Below, in pieces: positions 1-10,131 of a stretch of 64,000 nucleotides of DNA. The position numbers and the translations under genes were made by a program. Numbering within the stretch: position 1 is the first letter of the stretch; every line of letters starts with the position of its first letter. Source of the stretch: Mobula birostris (lineage: Eukaryota); assembly GCF_030028105.1 (NCBI RefSeq), contig NC_092371.1, positions 97,181,064-97,245,063 of the forward strand, written 5' to 3'. Below the pieces are notes generated by a model, which searched no databases, was not told the DNA's origin, and saw only the letters and a program-made list of their open reading frames with translations.

Positions 1-1715
1 AGTACTGTAGCTTGAGGTTGCCATGGTCCCGAATAGCTCAGGGCAAGAAGGTCTGCATCTGTCCAGAAATACGAAGCGATGAATATACAACAGGCAAACA
101 GAAAGACTGATTATTGCGAGAAAACAGAAATGTTATGAGGAAAGCTTAGAAGGAATCTGAGTAATGTCTCTTTGACGTACCCTCTCTGCGATAGCACTGT
201 ATGAACTTTGCAGCAAGTCCCTTTACCTCTTTTAGCTCCTGCTTGAACGAGAGTTAAACCTATAAAGAGTAGAGTAGTTGTAGGGCAAAGAAGGATTTGT
301 AAAATCGATGCAGCGGAGCAGACAGACAGGCGAGGAGGTTGGTGTTTGAACAATCCCGACTTGCTATTTCCCGAATGTATCTTGGAAAATCATCCTCATG
401 TTTCTGCTATTCTACACCCTCGTCTCCGAAGTGGAAAGTATCATTAATATAATCAACAGAATATTGTGTAAAACTGCTCGTGTAAAAGCTTTCCCGTCTT
501 CCGTGCTATACGTTTACAACGTCAATGTAAAACGCCTTGAAGATTAAGTATTACAATGCATTCAAAGTGTTTACTGTACCGATGAGCTGAAGTGCTTGTG
601 ATGGTGGACAGACAACGCAACTGTTCAGCGTTTCACCAGAGTGGCCGGAAAGGAGAGAGTGCTGTAGTGTAAACATGATACTTCGAGTATCGATGGATAA
701 TTATTCAGATTTTCAGCAGTAGTTTCCCCTTTGCAGTGATTCAGTGAGACTCAACACGCCGCTGGTCTTAGATTGATTGCTTTGTATTTTGTATGATGTT
801 GAGACGTAAAATACAGAGAGTAGTAAAGGATTGGATTAGCGTGTCCTATTTTATTAGAGTCCGGCAACACTGTTCGGTATTAAATGGAAAATTTCCTGTA
901 TCCTGCAGCGCCAGATATCTGATGCAACAATTGTCGCTCGTGTTTGATCGGAAATATTTCCCGATATTTGCATGATTTTCATTAGCCATTTTTTCCTACC
1001 GGTGCTCTTCGTCGCTGTTTTCTGTTTTCTATTGATTCCGAGATTCCCATAACCTTCATACTTACCCATGATGACCCGTTGTTAGATCCTGCAACGGTAA
1101 ATTCATCAGCATTTTTATTTGAGTGCTGCGGTATGGGAATGTCAGTTTGTTAAAGATAACATTCATTCTAGAGTAATGACTTCAGTGAAACCATTTTGGG
1201 AAATTGATGCAGTGCACAGTCGCTGGAATTTTATGAGTTCAAGTCTTACATGAAATATGGGCATTAAATGATGCAACACTTCCACCTACTGGCGCACATG
1301 ACACATGAACCAGTATAATGTGATATTTACCATGTGCTTCACTGTAGGCACATGGATATGGAGATCATTTGCGATTTTGAATTGCCACTTCTCTTGATGC
1401 AAGTATGGAATCACATGACATTGAGGGTGACTGGGGCCAGGAATCAAATGGATCCTCATTAAAATAAAACCTACTTGTTCAGTAATATTCTTCTGTCACG
1501 TCATACTTTGCAAACGAAGTAGCCCCCTCGGCTCTCTAGCCTGATCTTCCAATTAATAAAATTGCGGCTGATTCAAATGGAATCTCCGCTCCTAATTCCT
1601 TCTTAATGTTCTTTGGTTGGCGCTACAACATGTTCTTCTAAAATATTCCAAAACATTTAATGAGCACCTCACAGACTTTCACCCATCTGTTTACTTTGTA
1701 GTATGATTCCAAATA

Positions 1716-2042
1716 TGTGTTGGCACGTGGCCAAGTGGTTAAGGCGTTCGTCTAGTGTTCTGAAGATCGCTAGTTCGAGCATTGGCTGAGACAGCGTGTT
1801 TGTCCTTGAGCAAGGCACTTAACCACAGATTGCTCTGCGACAACACCGGTTCCAAGCTATACGAGTCCTAATGCCCTTCCCTTGGAAAACATCGGTGGCG
1901 TGGAGAGGGGAGACTTGCAGCTTGGGCAACTGCTGGTCCCCCATACAACTGTTGGTCTTCCTTGCCCAGGCCGCACCCTGGAAACCTTCCAAGGCGCAAA
2001 TTCATGTTCTCATCTCATGAGACTAACGGATGTCCATAAAAA
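1716..2042 (+). mobile_element. tRNA-derived SINE with 10-bp target-site duplication
   Basis: A-box-like TGGCCAAGTGG and B-box-like GTTCGAGC in the head, A-rich tail, flanked by ATTCCAAATA at 1706-1715 and 2043-2052. Confidence 0.85.
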
Positions 2043-2344
2043 ATTCCAAATAACCATGAACGGTCAGATATGGTAAACAGCCTTTGCTTCGTCGGATGCA
2101 CGTAGTCCTAATATCTTGCTGCTGTATTTGTGCCAGGATTCATATACCACAGGAGAAATTTGGCTTTATTATTTTTCAAACCACCTCTTCCTCCCCATGC
2201 CCTGAAAATAGGCCATCCATGTTCACTGCTCTAAGATCAACATTCATTTTCAACGAATCCTTGTGCATTTCATCATCTTCCTGTCCTTCCTAAATGTGAT
2301 GTTACCTTTAACATTCAAGTCCCGATCCAAATAGTGCAACAGGC

Positions 2345-3105
2345 ATTCTTCGGTAATATCCGTCCGTTCATGCTTATTTACTTGTGTAAAGGTCCCGACT
2401 GAGTACCTGGTAAGGCTCTGAAAACCTGTGCCAATCAACTAGCGGGAGTATTCAAGGACATTTTCAACCTCTCACTGCTACGGGTAGAAGTTCCCACTTG
2501 TTTCCAAAAGGCAACAATTATAGAAATACCTAAGAAGAATAACGTGGGCTGCCTTAATGACTATCACCCGGTAGCACTCACGTCGACAGTGAGGAAATGT
2601 TTTCAGAGTTTGGTCATGACTAGACTGAACTCCTGCCTCAGCAAAGACCTGGACCCATTGCAATTTGCCTATTGCTGCAATAGATCAACGGCAGACGCAA
2701 TCTCAATGGCTGTCCACACGGCTTTAGACCACCTGGACAACACAAACACTTATGTCAGGATGCTGTTTATCGACTATATTCAGCATTTAATACCATCATT
2801 CCCACAATCCTGATTGAGATGTTGCAGAACCTGGGCCTCTGTACCTCCCTCTGCAATTGGATCCTCGACTTCCTAACCGGAAGACCACAATCTTTGCGGA
2901 TTGGTAATAACATACTTTGTTAGGTGTTTGAAGAGATTTGACATGTTAACAAATACATTCAAATACTTCTATAGTTGTATCGTGGACAGTGTTCTAACAG
3001 GCTGTATCACTGTCTGGTATGGATGGGCTAATGCACAGGACCGAAAGAAGCTGCAGAAGGTTGTAAATCTAGTTCGCTCCGTCTTGGGTACTAGCCTACA
3101 AAGGA
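2345..3105 (+). mobile_element. Rex1/Babar-type LINE reverse transcriptase fragment (degenerate)
   Basis: Translation includes [24 protein letters not shown]...LDPLQFAY...RSTADAIS...VRMLFIDY, typical of Rex1/Babar RT. Frameshifted. Confidence 0.85.
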
Positions 3106-3390
3106 CTCCATTTGCAATGTTTAAGATGTTTAGGCGCAACATGAGGGGGAACTTCTTTACTCAGAGAGTGGTGGCTGTGTTGAACGAGCCTCCAGCAGAA
3201 GTGGTTGAGGCAGCTTCGATGTTGTCGTTTAAAGTTAAATTGGATAGACAAATGGACAGGAAGGGAATGGACGGTTATGGACCGAGTGCAGGTCGGTGAG
3301 ATTAGGTGAGAATAGGAGTTTGGCATGGACTAGAAGGGCCGAGATGGCCTATTCCCGTGCTGTAATTGTTATATGGTTATTTATATGGTT
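3106..3390 (+). mobile_element. CR1-type LINE 3' end
   Basis: MRGNFFTQRVVAVLNEPPAEVVEA...FKVKLDRQM followed by a ttatatgg-type tail. It replaces the Rex 3' end that is present in repeat copy B. Confidence 0.8.
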
Positions 3391-4075
3391 ATATGTTTGA
3401 AATATGGGTTGTTATGCACCGCAAGCCGAAATCACCTCGAATGAAACCTGCAGTTCTGAAGAACACTTGAACAAAAATGTAATTAGTTTGAACTCTAAGT
3501 GCTATTCTTTCTGCGCCGCTGCTTACACAGGGTTCACAAGCCTTTGTCCCCCTGAATATAACCAGCTGTAGAAAGACTATTTCCATGAACAATACAATGC
3601 TGGAATTGGAAATCGAATATGCCTACGATGTTCAAATAAAGGTGATATCAGGATTTCTTTTAATATGTATAGAAATTTCGCTGACAATTAATTACACCAC
3701 TTGTCCTGATATACTCATAGTGATCACAGTTTCTTCAGGTAGAAAATCTGCTCAATAACTAGCACAACGTTAAAACGACGTTGTCTAATTTATTTAATTG
3801 AGTGCCAAATTTTGATCATCTTCACTATCTAAGCAAACTTTTGAAAAATGATGCTCTTGTCGGACATATTGAAAAAGGCAAAACGCCACCGTAGATCTGG
3901 TAGATTTTAATTACAGTGGGATAAAATTACATTGAACCTATTAATTTCAGAATGAATTCATTTTAAGAATGCCCAGCAGGACGCAATGCATATTTTCTGC
4001 CGATGGAAAAATTTGTCAGCTACAATAGAAAATGTAATATCTGTACATGAAATTCATTTGTTTTATTTTAAAGAA

Positions 4076-4419
4076 TCAGCGTATAAACATATTGTAGTAC
4101 ATACAGCTGGATCGCGCGATGTTTGTTTGAAATGGGGTTGCCTGAGACTCGTGTTTAACCACACAGGAGTAATGCTCGTGTGAGTTCCAGTCTGAGGCTG
4201 GCAGAGTCAGGTAACTGCTCGCACTGAACGTGTTGTCCTTGTCCTGCTGGATCCGGCTGGTCTCAACGCCATTCCTTCTCGTACTGCCGTCCACCGTCCA
4301 CTCGATATTCACAGCGGCCAGATTAAACCCGCTCACCAAACACACCAGGGTGGCGGTGCCCTGTCCCTGAATTTCCTCCGCAGACGGCTGGAGGACGGAT
4401 ACGGCGGGTTTTCGCGGAT
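4076..4419 (-). CDS. IGLC: Ig light-chain (lambda/type II) constant exon, cluster 1 (open frame, but its VJ is a pseudogene)
   Basis: Acceptor tctacttacag|ATCCG at 4419. Reads (N)PRKPAVSVLQPSAEEIQGQGTATLVCLVSGF..NIEWTVDG..DNTFSASSYLTLPASDWNSHEHYSCVVKHES..RSSCMYYNMFIR*. C1-set Cys/Trp/Cys are present, with AATAAA just downstream. Confidence 0.95.
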
Positions 4420-6329
4420 CTGTAAGTAGAAAGAAGTGCAGGGAAATGAATTATTAATTGATATAATTTGGAATCAAACTTCGATTTGTTTGTAATTGCG
4501 ATTTTACAACCTTAAAAGTCAGAACGCATGAGAATGCGAACACAACTGAATCTCATTAACGCATTTTGATCTTCCGCAAAGACATCAAAGCCAAAAAATA
4601 TCATGGCCATTAGAAGTAGCTGCAATGTAAAGGAAAGAGAAGGATTTTTAAAGAACAGCAAAATTCACAGCAATAAAATAACAAATTCCGATGGAGTGGT
4701 AAAACAAAATCCGATTGTACAGGCTTCTGGACCACAGCGTACAGAACCCATCTATTCGGCTGCATTGCTTCCCGCATGGTTATCGTAACTGCAACTCAGA
4801 ACCACCGCTTCTACTGCAAGGCGAATCCAGGCACTGAGATCGTGAAAGCCAAGAAACCCATGAACGTCAGTGTTTAATTCCCTGGCAAACATGCTGATGT
4901 TTAATCCAAATTTCAATATATCGAGATTGCTGAAGAGAGTTCGTCCGAAATTTCGATCGCTTTAAGTCACAATTCACACATGCATTAATAAACCTGGAGT
5001 AGTTTTGCTTTGAAGTTCAAAGAAAATAATATTACTCTTAAACTGTTTTGTCCTGTTGTGGACTTGGATTTTAGAGGTTGCAGCCAATTGTTCTAAGGCC
5101 GAGGTAGAATATGAGGTACAGATTTCAACGGTAGCAAGTTTTGCCGTTTAGGTTTAGGATATGTCACCATACCGTTGAATGACCAGCCGACCCCAGCTTT
5201 GCCTTTGCGTGATTAATTCAATACGAAATGCTAATGCACGTTATCATGAAAGATGAGTCACGAAATCCTATTACTCTAGCATCACTCAGAGGAAAGAAGA
5301 AATTTCTGAGACTGAATTACTTGGAATTGACAGCCAGTGTGCATTGCTGTTAACCCAAGCCAGTGCCAAGAGTTCTGCGCTTCATCATGAAATACTCTCC
5401 AATATACATAAGATATACTATATACATCCCGCGATACCCTGATCCAATCTGATGTAATCATCCTATAGTTAATATCGTGACAGATTATTGACATGTTCCA
5501 TGATGTTAAAATCGTAAAGACAGGAATCATAGAACCAACAAGAAACCCCGAAAGAGATTTGGCAGAGCGCGTGGCAAAACTCCGAAATGTCGTCGCAGCT
5601 ATTTTTACGTAAAAATCAAGAGATGAGGCAGTGGATTTGATTGACATACTGTGCCTTTGTCTCTCCTCCTCGGAGATGCAACAATTCGCCGCAGTAAAGG
5701 AGGGAATGTGAATGGCTAAAAATCATGGAAATATTTTAATCGGAATAAATAATACAAGTTCAAGTTGTATACATGGATTTTTTAGTTTTTAGTCCCACAA
5801 TTAATTCCGAAAGGGTTGTTTGGACCGGGATAATACACACTGAAAGAAAACCCGATAACCACTCTCAGAGGACTATGAGATCCAGAAGGACGTGGATATC
5901 TGAGTCACGGTTTTGCTAATGATTTTTTCATAAATTTGAAAAGTTGAACCCATTCACACAATGAGATATCAAGTCTACAGAACAGAATTTACAAAGAGAT
6001 CATTTTACAGTCCCATCTCGAAGGAAAGCGCGGCGACAAGACAGAGAAGTTAAAGAGTGATTTTCCAGTGTTTCAGACCTCAGAGTTGTTATTCAAGGAG
6101 AAATCACGCAGTACTGTAATGACCGGGTATCCAAAAATTAGAAGGAAGCAAATACTCAGTGGCCTGTGGGACTGGAGAGTTTTGAAATGCAAACAAAAAG
6201 GTGGGCCGACTGACAATTTGATATTAAAGCGGAGACACATACACTGAGACGTTGCAGAAGTTCAAACAAACTGGTGAGGCTGAGGTGGGCTCTGGGATGG
6301 GGTCGTGATGAAGACGAATTTGGGAGAAG

Positions 6330-7985
6330 TTAGAACGGGGCACCAGAATCTTGATGGATTAATAGGTTTAGAAAAAGAGGAGCTAAAGTAAACATGACAA
6401 GATCAAATTGAGCAAACAGAGATCGAAATTAGGCATAAATGGAAATTAAACACAAGTGAGAGTAGTTGCTATGACGAAGGAGAAGGCGCTTGGGAGACTG
6501 AAAGATCTGAAGTTAGATAAGTCACCAAGCTAGAAGGACTACACTCCAGGATTCTGAAGGCGGTAGCTGGATAGATCATGGAGGCATTAGCAACGATTTT
6601 TCAAGAATGGGCCCATGGGTCCGGAGGATTGGAAAATCACAAATATTAGTCCACATTCTAGGAAGACAGGGAGGCGAAAGACAAAAAATTACGGGCCAAT
6701 TACCCTGATGTCAGTTGTTGCCAAGATGCTAGAATCCATTATTAATGACGAAATTTCGGGCCAATTGGTACTTGTAGACAAATCTGCTGATATTCCTTGA
6801 GAAAATACCAGGGAGGATAAACAAATAAGAGCCAGCGAACGTTGTTTACTTGGATTTTTGGAAGACCATGGAGAAAGAGTCACTCATCAGGCTGCCTAAC
6901 AGGTTAAGAGCACATGATATTACCACAAAGATACAAGCATGGATGGAGCATTGTCTGACTGGCAGGAGAAAAGCGTGAAGATAATCTTTTCTGGTTGGCC
7001 ACCGGTGATGAGTGGTGTTCTGCAAGGATCGGTGTTGAGTCTGCTACGTCACATGCTAAAAATTAATGATCTGAATGACGGGTTTATGGATTTGTGGACA
7101 CGTTTGCGGATGATGCAAAGATAGGTGGAGGAGCAGGCAGTGTTGAGGTAGTAGGAGTCCCCAGAAGGATCTTGACGGATCAGGAGAATGGGCAGAGGAA
7201 TGGCAGATGGAATACAGTGTAGGAAATAGTATGGTCGTGCACTATGGCAGAAGGAATAAAGGTACAGACTTCTTTCTGAACGAGGACCGAATTAAGAAGT
7301 CGGAGGTGCAAGGGGATTTGAAAATCCTCGTGCAAGATTCCCTAAATGTTAACTTGCAGGCAAGAGCAAGGTTAGTATTCATTTTGAGATGAGTGGAATG
7401 TAAAAGCAAGGAGACAATGCCGAGGTTTCAAAAGGCATTTGTCAGACTACATTTAGAGTATTGTGACCAGTTTTGGGCACATATCTAAGAAATGTGTGCT
7501 GGCATTGGAGAGCGACCAGAGGAGGTTTACAGGAATGATCCCGACAATGAAAGAGTTAAGGTATAAGAAGCATTTGATGGCCCTGGGTCTGTACACGCTG
7601 CAGTTCAGAAGAATGAGAGGGGATCTCATTTTATCTTACCGAATACTGAAAGACCTAGATTGAGAGGAAGTTGGAGGATGCTCCCTATAGTACGAGAGTC
7701 TAGACCTGAGAGAAAAGCCTTTGAATAGAAGGGCAGTCCTTTAGAACAGAGATGATGATGATTTTATTTATCCATAAAGTGTTGCATCTGTGGAATATAT
7801 TGCCAAAGGAGGCTGTGGAGACCACGTCTTTGGGTATTTTTAAAACGGCGTTTTATAGTTTCTTGATTAGTAGTGATATTAACGCTTATAGAGAGAAGAC
7901 AGTAGAATGGGTTCGAGAGAAAATAAACCAGCGATGATCGAATGCGGAGCGGACACGTTGGGTCGAATTCTCTAATCCTGCTCCT
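6330..7985 (+). mobile_element. Degenerate CR1-type LINE (RT to 3' end) inside the cluster 1 J-C intron
   Basis: Fragments NYGPITLMSVVAKMLESII, SGVLQGSVL, EYSVGNSMVVHYGRRN and YTLQFRRMRGDLI, with many stops and frameshifts. Confidence 0.85.
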
Positions 7986-8643
7986 TTGTTTTCAGGTCTT
8001 ATGTAAATAGAAATTCTCTATTGCAAATCGTTAACATTCACAGCCCTGCTCTTGTCCCTGTTAAGCCTCAGGTTCAGGATAAAATTTATTGGCAGTCAAC
8101 TGTATACACGTATATGGTCAAACATAACAACGTTCTTCGATACCAGGGTACATATAACTTAAGCACAGCAATATAGTACTATTACTAGAATTAATTAAAA
8201 AAAATAACAAAATGTATTCAGGACAATTGGCATTCAGATCCCTCATACAAGTACTTGCTGGCTCTAAGCACGACCTCACCCCTGCTGTCTAATGCAAAAC
8301 CTCACAGTTGTGAATATATTTTAATAAATCACTTATCTGTTCCCTGGGAAACCTTTAAAGAACCCTCGATAACAGCAAGTAGCATGTATTCACGAAGCTA
8401 TTTAAAAAATCTTACTTAAATGAACTCTGGGTTTCTAGAAAATACTTTTCAGCTAAATTGAGTAACACTACCAAGCAAACAGGATGCATATGTGCTAGCT
8501 TTCTGCCTGCGGTATTGTAAAGATACAATGGGAAGCGCTCTGTAAACAGGTTCGAATAACAGATAACATTATTCCAAGGTACAAACGAAAGAAATATCAA
8601 ACAAAATTTAAACGCGATCTCAGCCCACCAAATATTAACTTAC

Positions 8644-8991
8644 TGTTGAAATTCAGTTTAGTTCCTCTCCCAAAGGTGAATCTGTTTATTTTATCGTCCC
8701 AGACACCACAGTAATAATCGGCGGCGTCCTCCCATTGCACGTTGGTGATGGTTAAATGCATTTAGTTGCTCGATGTGTCTATGGAACCGGTGAATCGATC
8801 TGGAATTCCCGATGCTCTGCTGGAGCTTTCATACCACACAAAAACTGGGACGCTGCCGGGTTTCTGCATGTACCTGCTCCTGTAATAGCTGCCGATTCTA
8901 CCCCCTGACGTGGTACAAATGATTTTCAGGGTTCTACCCAGAGACGCCGATACGGACGGAGACTGAGTCAAAGTCATCTCCGCGTTTGCAA
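8644..8991 (-). pseudogene. IGLV: Germline-joined VJ exon, IgL cluster 1 (pseudogene)
   Basis: Acceptor ttcgccag|TTGCA at 8991, donor AACA|gtaagt at 8644. Reads [87 protein letters not shown] at 8762-8764, FR2 Trp changed to Arg, and no RSS between YYC and FGxG. Confidence 0.95.
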
Positions 8992-9082
8992 CTGGCGAAA
9001 ATAACAAATAATTATTTTAAAACCTTAAGTAAAAAACACAGCAGAATGGACGGTAATGGCTAAGATTAAGTATTCTACTCAC

Positions 9083-9131
9083 TGAACAAACAGAACACAA
9101 GCGCGGCAAGAACCAGGACTCATTTAGCCAT
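9083..9131 (-). pseudogene. Leader exon of IgL cluster 1 with an in-frame stop
   Basis: ATG GCT AAA TGA GTC CTG GTT CTT GCC GCG CTT GTG TTC TGT TTG TTC A|gtgagt. Codon 4 is TGA where clusters 2 and 3 have TGG. Confidence 0.9.
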
Positions 9132-9204
9132 CGTGAAGCAGAAAAGACGAATCGGCAGTCAAAAGCTTTCGGACACAAGTCCTGTTCAGGGCTGTTTCGA
9201 AGCT

Positions 9205-9270
9205 GCTCCTTAAGAACTGTAGAAGATGCGACGTCACTGAACTATATATTCATGCACATCTCTACTCACG
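9205..9270 (-). promoter_or_regulatory. V1 promoter remnant: CRE-like TGACGT, TGCATGAATA motif and CGTGAG motif
   Basis: Plus-strand ACGTCACTG 9231-9239, TATTCATGCA 9247-9256 and CTCACG 9265-9270, in the same order as in the V3 promoter. Confidence 0.65.
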
Positions 9271-9339
9271 AACGAACTGAATCTTGATTTCAGGAAATGG
9301 GCGGGGCAGCTATGTCAACGGTGCTGATGTCGAGAGAGT

Positions 9340-9960
9340 TGAGAAATTCAAGTTCCGTGGAGTGGACATCATCAACAAGCCATCCTAGTCCATCCACGTA
9401 GATACCAGGGCAAAGAGCGCTCACCGGCGCCACTACTTCCTCGGGAGTCTAACCTTGGCTCTCACCAATTTTTATCGATGAATTCTGTCTAGGTGGAGCA
9501 CGGCTGGGTATGGTATCTACAGAGAGTTGTTTATAGAGCTCAGCACATCACGGAAGCCAACTCCTCACTATGGACTCTGTATACACTTTTCACTGCCTCG
9601 CCAAAGCAGCCAATATAAGCAAAGACGTCATCAATCACCGACATTCTCTCTTCTCCCTCATCCCATCGGGCAGAAGATCCAAAAGCCTTAAAGACACATA
9701 CCACCAGGCTCACAGACAGCGTCTATCTTTCTGTTATGTGACCACTGAATGTTTCCCTACTGAGATCAGATAGACTCTTGACCTCACAATCTACGTCGTT
9801 ATGCCCTTGCACCTTACTGTCTACCTGCACTGCACTTTCTCTGTAACTGTAACACTTTATTCTGCGCACTGTGCTTTCAAATTGCACTGATGAACTGATC
9901 TGCATGAATGACCTGCAAATTAAGCTGTTCACTGCACCTCGGTAAATGTAACAAGAATAA
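9340..9960 (+). mobile_element. Degenerate Rex1/Babar-type LINE 3' end
   Basis: HRHSLFSLIPSGRRSKSLK-like C-terminus and a tgcactgt-rich 3' UTR. It resembles the Rex end at 13200-13560. Confidence 0.65.
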
Positions 9961-10131
9961 AAATAATTTTGAAAATTTAGCAATTTACGTGATATCTTAT
10001 GACAGATTCACAGGGTCACTGTCGACTGATACTTACACATTTTCACCCAACCCTAAAACTCCCTTCCCCCAACACAAATGTCCAGAAGGGAAATATACTG
10101 GCGGTGTGACATAATGGGAAGAAACGGCTGA

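Larger units (their letters stand above)
1..3105. repeat. Copy A of a ~3-kb direct segmental repeat (partner 10132-13200), downstream of IgL cluster 1
   Basis: Position 1 (agtactgtagcttgaggttgccatggtcc) recurs at 10132 and stays collinear through the SINE and Rex LINE. Identity is roughly 90% by eye. Confidence 0.95.

Noticed and set aside
1716-1790. tRNA gene (also 11846-11920)
   Set aside because: The A/B boxes belong to a SINE head followed by a non-tRNA body, A-tail and TSD.
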